A stretch of DNA of 64,000 nt, from positions 414,036,001 through 414,100,000 of the forward strand of contig OZ024740.1 in the NCBI GenBank assembly GCA_964016885.1. The letters run 5' to 3'. Below the pieces are notes generated by a model. That model made no database searches. It was not told the origin of the DNA and worked only from the letters and a program-made list of their open reading frames with translations. Source of the DNA: Eledone cirrhosa (Eukaryota). How positions within the stretch are numbered: position 1 is the stretch's first letter; each line of letters starts with the position of its first letter. Below, piece by piece: positions 49,401 through 61,500 of the stretch. The translations under genes were made by a program, and so were the position numbers.

Positions 49401-52244
49401 TGCAGGTCACTAGTTTGTGATCTGAATAGGCAACCATGAACATTTGTGGACAGCTTAACATGTCCCTATCCTTATTTCTAACTAGAACCCTATCTAGGTA
49501 CGATCTAGATGTTCCGCTACGATTACTCCACGTCCACAGTGGCGCAGTCGGAAAATCTAGTCGATATCTATCGGGCAGGTCAAATCAGTCGATTAACTGT
49601 TTGAGGCTGTTACACCCCCCTTTATCGGGACATGCTCCCACATAGTCCCAACGTGCATCTAGGATTCCATTCCAGTCCCCCACTAAAAGCAAGGAGTGGG
49701 ACGTTCCCAGAAAAGTCTCTAGACGTTTGAAGAAGTCTGGCCGCGGTGTCCCGGATGGGGCATATGCGGCCACCAGCCTGAACGCTCCACCTTCACTACC
49801 GTCAACGTCTAGGACCACCAGTCGACCCTCCGGGTCCAGATGTACCGTCTGTGTTACGAGGCCCAAGTGTTTCCGCAGCAAAACGGCAACTCCGCCTCCA
49901 CTCCCCGGTTGACAGAGAGATGCGTAGATCTCAAAGTCATCGAAGATGAGGGCCAGCTGTCGCTCGCTGTGGATCCTGGACTCGCAAATGGCTACCACAT
50001 CCATACTGTGCGACCTGAGGTCGTTTATCCCCAGGCCGCGTACGTTCACACATCCAACTGTTTTATTGGCCATGTTGGTGCTGAAAAGTTAAAAGAGGAA
50101 AAGAGATCACTCACCCTTCGTCTCCTGGGTACCAGGCCGCACGATTTCCATGGGGGTGTTGGAGGGGTTGTCTGGATGGGTGGTGGTTTCCGGCGGGGTG
50201 GGGACGGAGATGTTTGGTGGGGTGGGGTCTGGTGGGATGGGGGTGTCTCAGGTGGGGAGACATTTGAGAAGGACGCGGTTAAGTGGTTTCACGCAGGAAT
50301 TCCCCACATCCTTCTCAAATGTTTCTTTTAGGGACCTATAAGTTTGTATAGGGACCCTAATCAGTTTTAGGTTCAGTTTTTTGCTATTTTTAATAGGGTG
50401 GGCGAAAGTTTTGCCTTCGGTTTTCACCGAAGGGTCGTTCGTGATGGTCTCCATTAGTGTTTTGTTTTCAGTGTTTATGTAAGTGTAAGTGTAATTTTCT
50501 TGTGTTGTGTTTGTTTTTGTCTGTAGTTCTTGTGTGTGCTTTCGTTTTGTTGTAGGCATTTTGTTTTCAGGAGGTGGGGGTTTTGTTTGTGATGTTTTTG
50601 TTGGTGGTTGTATGTTTGTGGTAGTGTTTGCTGGTTTTTTGCTTTTGTGATGTCTTTTCTTTCTTTTCGAGCGATGGGGTTCTCCCTCGTCTTCACTGGG
50701 TGATGCCGAGATAGCCTCATCTGTTGTATCGTCTGTGTGATTGGGGAGGGATATGTCTTGGGGAGCTGTTGTGTCTGTATGTGATTTTGCAGTGGTTTTA
50801 GGTGGGGTTGGGTTGGGTGGGACTGTGTTTGTTGTGGTTATTTTTGTGTGTTGGTGTTGTTGTTGTGGTGGTGGTGTTGGTGGTTGTGTTGTTTTGATGG
50901 ATGTCGACAGAAGAGCCTTTTTTTATTCATTAATTTAGGACAGGAAGCCCTCAGGTGACCCCTGCTAAAGCAATGGTAACATGAAGGCCGCCTACCCTCA
51001 ACCGAAAAGTTTATGTAGGTGAGTCCGTCCAGGAGTACACGTTGTGGGATCATAGCTATTCGCTCTGGGCTCATTTGCACCAGAACTTCAATGCTTGTCC
51101 CATTGAATACATCTATGGGGGACTTTCCTACTGACAGTATTCTGTCTTCATCAAAATTGATGAAGCCGCAGAGTATCCACCATATGTTCACCTTTGGTGT
51201 GACACTCGTGATTTTGATCTTTTGTGTCCTTTTTCCCATGTATGTAGGGAAAAGGGTGTACAGGTTGGATACAATTGGCGACACAGAGTAATTTTGGGCC
51301 GTCAATTGATCCTTCATGAGTACCGAAATACTCCCAAAAAGTTTGCTTCTTTGAATGAATGCAATATCATTCATTGAATTTTTGAAAACCAGTTCAATTT
51401 CTTTCTGTGAAAATTGGACTGGTTTTCGGGTAGAATTGGAAACTGTCCTAAAAACTATCGTTTTGAGAGCAGTTTCCTCGCGAATTTCTACCGGAGAATT
51501 GATGCTGAAAGCACCATTTTTTTCGAAAGTGACATATCTCCTAGCGTCCTTTAAAAGTTGTTCAGCATTTGTTATGTCGAGATATATCAGTTCCTCCTTT
51601 TTTTTAACTGTCTGTGCAAAGGAGATTTTGGTTTCTTTGTGGAATTATCCGTGTTGGTGGTGTTGTCATTATTGTTCTTATTGTTGTTGTTATTCTTGTT
51701 GTCACCGATGTTGATATTATTCGTATTTCCTTGGTGTTGTTGTTGTTTTTGATGCTGGTGTTATTGGTGTTGCCTTTATTTTTTTCTTTGTTGTTGTTAT
51801 CATTCTTGTTTTTATCATCATTATTGGTGTTGCTGTTATTTTTGTTGTCATTGAACTGTTTGGTGTCATTTGTGTTGTTTGGATATGAATTTGTTTTTGC
51901 ATTTTCATTTCGTCTTTCCATCTCTATAGTGTCTATTGAGAAGGAAGGGGAAGAAGACAATGTTGACTGCGAGCTTTGTAGTCTTACCGCCTCTCCACCA
52001 CCATTATCGCTGGACGCAGCGTTCATAACGTAATCAAACTTTTTCAATAGTTTTCCAAGATTCGATGGAGAAAAAAAATTTTCAAACGGATATTTCGCCC
52101 CTGTAGGGGCGAAAATGAGTTGACCCACCACCTGAAAGTCCAGACGGGGGGTCAAGTTACACAATAATATAAAATTTAACTAAAAACTCACGTTTTTTTC
52201 TTACATAAATTAACGGAAACTTCTCCGCGAAGTTACACACGTCT
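46461..52244 (-). mobile_element. Tx1-clade LINE copy A, full length, disrupted
   Basis: ORF1 fragments with CYHCFSRGHLRASC. ORF2 fragments (50073 to 46703) have APE, RT (YADD) and CPRC...HC. Small deletions relative to copy B at about 48560 and 50027. The 3' end abuts (GA)n and the 5' end abuts (GATA)n. Confidence 0.93.

Positions 52245-52343
<99 letters not shown>
52245..52343. repeat. (GATA)n spacer
   Basis: Pure repeat between copies A and B. Confidence 0.97.
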
Positions 52344-52580
52344 TTCTTTATTAGCCATAGGGGCACAAAAGAAGGGGACAAATACAAAGGGGGAAGTTTA
52401 CATACAATAAAAACGTGTAAAATGTTATCACAGATGGAATTTAAAAGTTAGTCGATTTTCCCCAATAGAGGGAGACAGTTTATATGGGTAACACATACCC
52501 CCGAAAAAAAATGTGCAACCCTCATCTCCAGGAGTACGAAGAGCTTGTACTCCTTTCCTCTCCTCCTCCTTTTCCTCAAC

Positions 52581-55500
52581 CTACAGGCTGATATAGAGAG
52601 AAGGCCCATTCACTCGGGCCATTCTCGCCACTTTCACTCACCTTTCATAAAACTTGCTGGGGTACAGCACCTCTCTCTCAATCCTGATTCTTCTTCCAAA
52701 GTGGTATTTGAAAAAAAGAATCAGTTGTTGGCCGGAGAGAAAGGTGTCTGACCTCAGCCCTTTCAACCTTGTCCACCATACAACCTCTTTCGCCATAGCT
52801 ATCACACAAAGGAAAACCGCCTCTCCTTCGTTTTTGAAGGAGGGTGGCGGTTTGATCATGACAATGGACTCGGTGGTCAACTGGATTGGTCCCACCCGCG
52901 ACAATAGTCGTTCAACATAGCCCCACTGGTCAGTGACGCCCGGGCAGTGTATGAATGCGTGCGCGACGGTTTCTTCGTCTCGCACGCACCTCGGACAGAT
53001 CTTTTTTGCAGGGTCCCTGCCCGGGCGCCCATGTCTGTAGAGCTTGTCTCGAACTGGTAGAGCTCCTCGGTAGCACTGCCAGGCCAGGGACTTTTGGAAG
53101 TTGTCCATCGGTCCCGGGCGGAAGGTCCTACCGAACAGACTGTCCAGTTCATCTTCCTCTACGCCTAGAGTTTCACCGAGCGCGTCGTCGCACTTGCTGC
53201 GGACCAACCCTCTATAGAATGATGAAGTGGAGTCTCCACTGATCGCCGGGTCCGCCTGCCAGAGGGCTGTGAGCGCCTGAGCACATTCGATGTGCCAGTC
53301 GCCTATTTTCCTCGGTCTCTGCTTGACCCAGGACTGCAGCTCGGTCAGCGAGACGAGTCGTGGGAAGGCTCACCTCACGAACGGGGCCCACACCGGTTGT
53401 CCGGTGAGGAATACGTAGAGATGCCGCAGCCTGAGCGCGTGTTTGCGCATCGTCAACCACGGCATCCCCAGCCCTCCGTTAGAAGGGTGTTGGCAGCAGA
53501 TGGTTCTTCTCACCAAAGGAGCCCGCCTCTTCCAAAGGAATCGGAAGAGCGCGCGCTCCATTTTGGCGAGCGTTTTAGCTGGACAAGGCACGACGGTCAA
53601 GCGGTAGTAGATGGCGGACGCTATAAAAGTGTTCGCCACCTCCGCTCGACCTTTCAAGGATAGTTTGCACTCGGCCCACTTCTGGGTGAGTGCAAACACC
53701 TTGGCCGTCACTTCGTTCCAGTTCTTCTCCACCTGGAGGTCCGGACCAAACCAGACCCCGAGCAGCTTTACCGGTCCTTCCGTCCAGCGTCCGACGACGC
53801 CATCGGAAGGCATCGGTCTGCCTCTCCACGATCCGAGTTGCAAACCGATGGACTTGTCCCGGTTCAGCTTCGCTCCTGTGAGACTTTCGTATTCCTTTAG
53901 TAAGGTGCCGACTTCTTCGATTTGCGAGGCGCTCGACACCATTACTGTCACGTCGTCGGCGTAGGCCGACGCCGCTTTCCGCAGTCCCGGTTCCGGAGGG
54001 ATGCCCTGCAATAGCTTCAGCTTCCGCAGTAGTGGCTCGAGAGTCAGTACGTACAGAAGGGAGGATGAGGGCATCCCTGTAGAATGGATCGCGTAATATG
54101 GAACGGCTCCGAGAGGTAACCGTTCACCTTGACCCTTGAGCAGATGTTGCTGTTGTGCATTGCAGCAATCCAGCCCCTGAACACGGGTCCGAAGCCTGCC
54201 GCCTCGAGCACCGCATCCAGGTAACGATGGTCAACCCTATCGAAAGCCTTAGACTGATCCAAGTTGATCAGGGCCCCACCGAAGCCGGGTTTACACCCTA
54301 CCCTCTCTATGATGTATCGCATGAGGTGGAGGTTGTCGTTTATGGACCTGGTCGGGATCGCGCATGTCTGCGCTTCTGCCACCAGGTTCTCGACGACAAG
54401 CGCCAGCCTCTTTGCCAACACCTTGGCCAAAATCTGTAACTCTGTGTTTAGCAGAGTTATGGGCCGGAAGTTGCCTATGTCATCCCCCCTTATTCTCGTC
54501 CTTCCTGATTAGTGTGACCACGCCCCCGGTTACAGAACTGGGAATTCTCCCGTTCTGTTGCCAGTTGCAGTAGACCGCTTCCAGGAGACCGGAGAATAAG
54601 TCCGGCATTGCTACGTAAAATTCGTAGGGTAGACCGTCGAGACCTGGAGATTTGCGTTTGCCGCATTGGCTCAGAGCGTCCCCTATCTCAGTGGCTGAAA
54701 TCGGCTTTTTGCAGAACTTCGCCTCGCTGTCCGAGAGTCGCGGTAGGCCGTCGAGGTATGGACCGAAATCCATCGCCTCTCCCGGCGCGCCGCTCCCCCC
54801 GAACAGCCGAGCAAAGTGCCGCTGAAAAGCCGCACACATCTGCTTCGGCTCACGTATCACGCGTCCGTTTTGGTCCTTCAAAGACCGAATCGTGGACTTG
54901 TTGCCACTTTTTGCCTCCGTCACTCGGGCCCAGCTAACAGCTTTGGTTCCCTCGTTTCCCAGAGCACGTATTTTGCTTCTGACAACGCAGCCCTCGTGCT
55001 TTGCGTCGAAGAACTGGTCCAAGGCCGTTCTCATTGCTAGCACGCTGGCTACGTTGCCACTTCTAATTGCCTCTTCTACTTTATCTACCAGTTCCTTCTC
55101 GGTTCTATTTCTATCTAACGCTAATTCTTTACTAAAAACTATCGAGTCTAATCTAGCTGCCCTCTTGAGAGAGTACCACCATCTGTTGTTCACAATGGCC
55201 CCTGTCAAGTGCTGTTTAACTAAAGTGCTAATCCGTCTACTGTAGGCTTTGCTTGTCGGTTACGACAAGTTCAGCTTTAAGTAGCCGGGTCCTTGTCTAT
55301 GGGTTCTATCAAGGTTGGCCATGCAGGTCACTAGTTTGTGATCTGAATAGGCAACCATGAACATTTGTGGACAGCTTAACATGTCCCTATCCTTATTTCT
55401 AACTAGAACCCTATCTAGGTACGATCTAGATGTTCCGCTACGATTACTCCACGTCCACAGTGGCGCAGTCGGAAAATCTAGTCGATATCTATCGGCCAGG

Positions 55501-56018
55501 TCAAATCGGTCGATTAACTGTTTGAGGCTGTTACACCCCCCTTTATCGGGACATGCTCCCACATAGTCCCAACGTGCATCTAGGATTCCATTCCAGTCCC
55601 CCACTAAAAGCAAGGAGCGGGACGTTCCCAGAAAAGTCTCTAGACGTTTGAAGAAGTCTGGCCGCGGTGTCCCGGATGGGGCATATGCGGCCACCAGCCT
55701 GAACGCTCCACCTTCACTACCGTCAACGTCTAGGACCACCAGTCGACCCTCCGGGTCCAGATGTACCGTCTGTGTTACGAGGCCCAAGTGTTTCCGCAGC
55801 AAAACGGCAACTCCGCCCCCACCCCCCGGTTGACAGAGAGATGCGTAGATCTCAAAGTCATCGAAGATGGGGGCCAGCTGTCGCTCGCCGTGGATCCTGG
55901 ACTCGCAAATGGCTACCACATCCAAACTGTGCGACCTGAGGTCGTTTAAGAGTTTGCCCTGTTTCCAGGGCATCCCCAGGCCGCGTACGTTCACACATCC
56001 AACTCTTATATTGGCCAT
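52581..56018 (-). pseudogene. Tx1-type ORF2 (APE endonuclease, RT, zinc finger), frameshifted
   Basis: CVNVRGL, DVVAICES, GDWN, YLDRV, SDHK; KSPGLDGLP, DQSKAFDRVDH, YADD; CPRC...AHAFIHC. Confidence 0.9.
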
Positions 56019-56051
56019 GTTGGTGCTGAAAAGTTAAAAGAGGAAAAGAGA

Positions 56052-57968
56052 TCACTCACCCTTCGCCTCCTGGGGACCAGGCCGCACGATTTCCATGGGG
56101 GTGTTGGAGGGGTTGTCTGGATGGGTGGTGGTTTCCGGCGGGGTGGGGACGCAGATGTTTGGTGGGGTGGGGTCTGGTGGGATGGGGGTGTCTGGGGTGG
56201 GGAGGCATTTGAGAAGGACGCGGTTGAGTGGTTTCACGCAGGAATTCCCCACATCCTTCTCAAATGTTTCTTTTAGGGACCTATAAGTTTGTATAGGGAC
56301 CCTAATCAGTTTAAGGTTCAGTTTTTTGCTATTTTTTATAGAGTGGGCGAAAGTTTTCCCTTCGGTGAAAACCGAAGGGTCGTTCGTGATGGTCTCCATT
56401 AGTGTTTTGTTTTCAGTGTTTATGTAAGTGTAAGTGTAATTTTCTTGTGTTGTGTTTGTTTTTGTCTGTAGTTCTTGTGTGTGCTTTCGTTTTGTTGTAG
56501 GTATTTTGTTTTCAGGAGGTGGGGGTTTTGTTTGTGATATTTTTGTTGTTTGTGTTGGTGGTTGTATGTTTGTGGTAGTGTTTGCTGGTCTTTTGCTTTT
56601 GTGATGTCTTTTCTTTCTTTTCGAGCGATGGGGTTCTCCCTCGTCTTCACTGGGTGATGGCGAGATAGCCTCATCTGTTGTATCGTCTGTGTGATTGGGG
56701 AGGGGTATGTCTTGGGGAGCTGTTGTGTCTGTATGTGATTTTGCAGTGGTTTTAGGTGGAGTGGGGTTGGGTGGGACTGTGTTTGTTGTGGTTATTTTTG
56801 TGTGTTGGTGTTGTTGTTGTGGTGGTGGTGTTGGTGGTTGTGTTGTTTTGATGGGTGTCGGCAGAAGAGCCTTTTTTTGGTTCATTAATTTAGGACAGGA
56901 AGCCCTAAGGTGACCCCTGCTAAAGCAATGGTAACATGAAGGCCGCCTACCCTCAACCGAAAGGTTTATGTAGGTGAGTCCGTCCAGGAGTACACGCTGT
57001 GGGATCATAGCTATTCGCTCTGGGCTCATTTGCACCAGAACTTCAATGCTAGTCCCATTGAATACATCTCTGGGGGACTTTCCTACTGACAGTATTCTGT
57101 CTTCATCAAAATTGATGAAGCCGCACAGTATCCACCATATGTTCACCTTTGGTGTGACACTTGTGATTCTGATCTTTTGTGTCCTTTTTCCCATGTATGT
57201 AGGGAAATAGGTGTACAGGTTGGATACAATTGGCGACACAGAGTAATTTTGGGCCGTCAATTGATCCTTCATGAGTACCGAAATACTCCCAAAAAGTTTG
57301 CTTCTTTGAATGAATGCAATATCATTCATTGAATCTTTGAAAACCAGTTCAATTTCTTTCTGTGACAATTGGACTGGTTTTCGGGTAGAATTGGAAACTG
57401 TCCTAAAAACTATCGTTTTGAGAGCAGTTTCCTTGCGAATTTCTACCGGAGAATTGATGCTGAAAGCACCATTTTTTTCGAAGGTGACATATCTCTTAGC
57501 GTCCTTTAAAAGGTGTTCAGCATTTGTTATGTCGAGATATATCAATTGTTCTTTCTTTTGAACTTTCTCCGCAAAGGAGATTTTTGGTTTCTTTGTGGAA
57601 TCCGTATTGGTGGTGTTGTCATTATTGTTGTTATTGTTGTTGTTATTCTTGTTGTCACCGATGTTGGTATCATCCGTATTTTCCTTGGTGTTGTTGTTGT
57701 CTTTGATGCTGGTGTTATTGGCGTTGTCTTTATTTTTTTCTTTGTTGTTGTTATCATTGTTGCTTTTATCATCATTATTGGTTTTGCTGTTATTTTTGTT
57801 GTCATTGAGCTGTTTGGTGTCATTTGTGTTGTTTGGATGTGAATTCGTTTTTTTCTTTTCATTTTGTCTTTCCATCTCTATAGTATCTAGTGAAGAAGAC
57901 GTTGTTGACTGCGAGCTTTGTAGTCTTACCGCCTCTCCACCATCATTATCGTTGGACGCAGCGTTCAT
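56052..57968 (-). CDS. Tx1-type ORF1 nucleic-acid-binding protein (638 aa)
   Basis: Open frame with an Asn/Lys/Thr low-complexity N-terminus, an ISFAEKV motif, VEGRRPSCYHCFSRGHLRASC zinc knuckle and a Pro/Thr-rich C-terminus. Confidence 0.85.
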   Translation of the reverse strand: MNAASNDNDGGEAVRLQSSQSTTSSSLDTIEMERQNEKKKTNSHPNNTNDTKQLNDNKNNSKTNNDDKSNNDNNNKEKNKDNANNTSIKDNNNTKENTDDTNIGDNKNNNNNNNNNDNTTNTDSTKKPKISFAEKVQKKEQLIYLDITNAEHLLKDAKRYVTFEKNGAFSINSPVEIRKETALKTIVFRTVSNSTRKPVQLSQKEIELVFKDSMNDIAFIQRSKLFGSISVLMKDQLTAQNYSVSPIVSNLYTYFPTYMGKRTQKIRITSVTPKVNIWWILCGFINFDEDRILSVGKSPRDVFNGTSIEVLVQMSPERIAMIPQRVLLDGLTYINLSVEGRRPSCYHCFSRGHLRASCPKLMNQKKALLPTPIKTTQPPTPPPQQQHQHTKITTTNTVPPNPTPPKTTAKSHTDTTAPQDIPLPNHTDDTTDEAISPSPSEDEGEPHRSKRKKRHHKSKRPANTTTNIQPPTQTTKISQTKPPPPENKIPTTKRKHTQELQTKTNTTQENYTYTYINTENKTLMETITNDPSVFTEGKTFAHSIKNSKKLNLKLIRVPIQTYRSLKETFEKDVGNSCVKPLNRVLLKCLPTPDTPIPPDPTPPNICVPTPPETTTHPDNPSNTPMEIVRPGPQEAKGE

Positions 57969-58186
57969 AACGTAATCAAAATTTTACAATATTTTTTCCA
58001 AGATTCGATGGAGAAAAATTTTTTAAATGGATATTCCGCCCCTGAAGGGGCGAAAATGAGTTGACCCACCACCTGAAGGTCCAGACGGGTGGTCAAGTTA
58101 CACAATGATATAAAATTGAACTAAAAACTCACGTGTTTTTTCTTACATAAATTAACGGAAACTTCTCCGCGAAGTGACACACGACT

Positions 58187-58193
58187 GATAGAG

Positions 58194-58261
<68 letters not shown>
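58187..58261. repeat. (GATA)n spacer
   Basis: Direct observation. Confidence 0.97.
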
Positions 58262-59270
58262 CAATTTCTTTATTAGTCACAGGGGCACAAAAGAAGGGGA
58301 CAAATACAAATGGGGAGTTTACAGACAGGTATATGAAAATAAAACTATTAATAAAATAACAAAAAACAATTGAAATCCCCAATAGGGGGGGGGGACGTTA
58401 TACAGGGGTTGTACACACCCCGAAAAAATGTACAACCCTCATCTCCAGGAGCACCAAGAGTGAGTACTCCCTTCCTCTCTTCCTCTTTTTCCTCAACCTA
58501 CAGGCTTATACAGAGAGAAGGCCCAACCAGTCGGGCCATCTTTGCCACATTCACCCACCTTTTATAAAATTTGCTGGCGTACAGCACCTCTCTCTCCATC
58601 CTGATTCTTCTTCCAAAATGATATTTGAAAAAAACGAATCAGTTGCTCGCAGGAGAGAAATGTGTCTGACCTCAGCCCTTTTAACCTCGTCCACCATATA
58701 ACCTCTTTCACCATAGCCATATCACATAGGAAACCACCTCTCCCTCCTTTTTGAAGGAGGGTGGCGGTTTGATCATGACAATGGACTCAGTGGTCAACTG
58801 GATTGGTCCCACCCGCGACAATAGTCGTTCTACATAGCCCCACAGGTCGGTAACGCCCGGGAAGTGTACAAATGCGTGCGCGATGGTTTCCTCGTCGCAC
58901 ACGCATCTCGGACAGATCTTTTTCGAGGGGTCCCTGCCCGGGCGCCCGTGTGTGTAGAGCTTGTCACGAACTGGTAGAGCTCCTCGGTAGCACTGCCAGG
59001 CCAGGGATTTTTGGAAGTTGTCCATTGGTCCCGGGCGGAAGGTCCTACCGAGCAGACTGGCCAGTTCGTCCTCCTCTACGCCTAGAGTTTCTCCGAGCGC
59101 GTCGTCGCACTTGCTGCGGACCAACCCTCTATAGAATGTCGAAGTGGTGTCTCCACTGATCGCCGGGTCCGTTTGCCAGAGGACTGTGAGCGCCTAAGCA
59201 CATTCGATGTTCCAGTCGCCCATTTTCCTCGGTCTTTGCTTGACCCAGGACTGCAGATCGGTCAGCGAGA
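58262..59270 (-). mobile_element. Tx1-clade LINE copy C, 5'-truncated (about 1 kb), variant 3' UTR
   Basis: ORF2 C-terminus homologous to A and B, followed by about four GATA units at 59269-59284. Confidence 0.9.
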
Positions 59271-59284
59271 TAGATAGATAGATA

Positions 59285-61441
59285 TGTTTCTTTTATTTGC
59301 CACCAGGGCATCAAAAGTGGGACAAGTACAAAGGGGGGAGTTTACAAAACAAGGCATCCTCAATAAGGAGGAGGCAATAACAATATATAAAAAATAAAAT
59401 AAAATATAACAAAAAATAAAATTCATAACAAAGTCCTCAATAGAGAGGAGGCGCCTTGGGGGGTCGCACACACCCCCGAAAAAAGTGTGCAACCCTTCTC
59501 CTCAGGAGCACAGAGAAGGGGTGCTCCCTTGGTCTTTCATCTTCCTCACCTATAGTCTGATGTAGAGTGAAGGCCCATTCACACGGGCCATTCTCGCCAC
59601 TTTCACCCATCTTTCATAAAAACGGCTGGGGTGCAGCACCTCTCTCTCCATCCTGATCCTTCTTCCAAAATGATATCGGAAGAAACGGACCAGTTGTTGG
59701 CCAGAGAGAAAGGTGTCTGACCTCAGTCCTTTCAGACGCGTCCACCATACAACCTCTTTCGCCATGGCTATTACGCACAGAAACACCGCCTCTCCTTCGT
59801 TTTTGAAGAGGTGAGGCGGCTTGATCGTTACAATAGACTCGGTGGTCAACCGGATTGGTCCCACCCTTGACAGCAGTTGTTCGACATAGCCCCACAGATC
59901 GGCAATGCCCGAACAGTGTACCAATGCGTGTGCAACGGTTTCCTCGTCGCACACGCATCTGGGACAGATCTTTTTCGATGGGTCCCTACCCGGGCGCCCG
60001 TGTCTGTAGAGCCTTTCTCGAACGGGCAGAGCCCTTCTGTAGCATTGCCAGGCCAGGGACCTCTGGAAGTTATCCATGGGTCCCGGGCTGAATGTCTTAC
60101 CGAACAGGTTGGCCAGTTCGTCTTCCTCCATGCCTAGGGCTTCTCCGAGGGCGTCGTCGCACCTGCTAACCACCAGCCCTCTATAGAATGACGAGGTGGA
60201 TTCTCCACTGACAGCCGGGTCCGCCTGCCAGAGAGCCGTGAGCGCCTGGGCACACTCGGTGTGCCAGGCGCCCAGTTTTCTCGGTCTTTGCTTGACCCAG
60301 GATTGCAGCTCGTTGAGTGAGACGAGTCTGGGAAAGGCTCGCCTCACAAACGGGGCCCACACCGGTTGACCGGAGAGGAATACCTGAAGGTGCCGTAGCC
60401 TTAATGCTTGTTTACGTATCATTAGCCACGGCATCCCCAGCCCTCCTTTCGAAGGGTGTTGACAGCAGATGGATCTCCTCACCATAGGAGCCCGCTTCTT
60501 CCAAAGGAATTGGAAGAGTGCGCGCTCCATTTTGGCGAGCGTTTCCCTTGGGCAAGGCACGACGGTCAGGCGGTAGTAGATGACGGACGCTATATAAGTG
60601 TTCGCCACCTCCGCCCGACCTTTCAGGGACAGTTTGCACTCGGCCCACTTCTGGGTCAGTGCAAACACCCTGTTCGTCACCTCACCCCAGTTCTTCTCCA
60701 CCTGGAGGTCTGGTCCGAACCAGACCCCGAGCAACTTCACCGGGCCCTCCGTCCAGCGCCCGACGACGCCATCGGAGGGCATCGATCTGCCCCTCCACGT
60801 GCCGAGTTGCAGACCGATCGACTTGTCCCGGTTCAGCTTAGCCCCTGTAAACCTTTCGTACTCCTCCAGTAAGGTGCCGATCGCCCCGATTTCCGAGGCC
60901 GTCGACACCATTACTGTTACGTCATCGGCGTAGGCTGACACCGCTTTCCGCAATCCCGGTTCCAACGGGATGCCCTGCAACAACTCCAACTTCCGCAGCA
61001 GTGGCTCTAGAGTCACTACATACAGAAGGGAGGAGAGAGGGCACCCCTGTGGGATGGACCGCGCGATTTCGAACGGCTCCGAGAGGTAGCCGTTCACCTT
61101 GACCCTAGAGCAGATGCGGCTGCTGTGCATGGCATTGATCCAGCCCCTGAAAACGGGTCCGAAGCCTGCCGCCGCTAGCACCGCATCCAGGTAACCATGG
61201 TCGACCCTATCGAATGCCTTAGATTGATCCAAGTTTATCAGGGCCCCACCAAAGCCGGGTTCGTTCCCAACCCTCTCTATGATGTATCGCATGAGGTGGA
61301 GGTTATCGTGGATGGACCTGGACGGGATAGCACATGTCTGCGCATCTCCCACCAGGTTGCCCACGACAAGCGCCAACCTCTTTTCTAGCACCTTGGCCAA
61401 AATCTGTAACTCTGTATTTAGCAGAGTTATGGGCCTGAAAG
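59285..61441 (-). mobile_element. Tx1-clade LINE copy D, 5'-truncated, distinct subfamily
   Basis: Different 3' UTR, bounded by GATA-type repeats on both sides. Confidence 0.9.
59550..61400 (-). CDS. Uninterrupted RT plus C-terminal zinc finger of Tx1 ORF2 (616 aa, N-truncated)
   Basis: DQSKAFDRVDH, QGCPLS, AYADD, KLLGV and CPRCVCDEETVAHALVHC, with no stops. Confidence 0.88.
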   Translation of the reverse strand: MAKVLEKRLALVVGNLVGDAQTCAIPSRSIHDNLHLMRYIIERVGNEPGFGGALINLDQSKAFDRVDHGYLDAVLAAAGFGPVFRGWINAMHSSRICSRVKVNGYLSEPFEIARSIPQGCPLSSLLYVVTLEPLLRKLELLQGIPLEPGLRKAVSAYADDVTVMVSTASEIGAIGTLLEEYERFTGAKLNRDKSIGLQLGTWRGRSMPSDGVVGRWTEGPVKLLGVWFGPDLQVEKNWGEVTNRVFALTQKWAECKLSLKGRAEVANTYIASVIYYRLTVVPCPRETLAKMERALFQFLWKKRAPMVRRSICCQHPSKGGLGMPWLMIRKQALRLRHLQVFLSGQPVWAPFVRRAFPRLVSLNELQSWVKQRPRKLGAWHTECAQALTALWQADPAVSGESTSSFYRGLVVSRCDDALGEALGMEEDELANLFGKTFSPGPMDNFQRSLAWQCYRRALPVRERLYRHGRPGRDPSKKICPRCVCDEETVAHALVHCSGIADLWGYVEQLLSRVGPIRLTTESIVTIKPPHLFKNEGEAVFLCVIAMAKEVVWWTRLKGLRSDTFLSGQQLVRFFRYHFGRRIRMEREVLHPSRFYERWVKVARMARVNGPSLYIRL

Positions 61442-61500
61442 GTAGATAGATATAGATATAGAGAGATAGATATAGATAGAGATATAGATATATATAGATA

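Larger units (their letters stand above)
52344..58186 (-). mobile_element. Tx1-clade LINE copy B, full length
   Basis: Intact ORF1. ORF2 (56018 to 52581) is split by a few frameshifts. Same 5' terminus as copy A. Confidence 0.94.
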
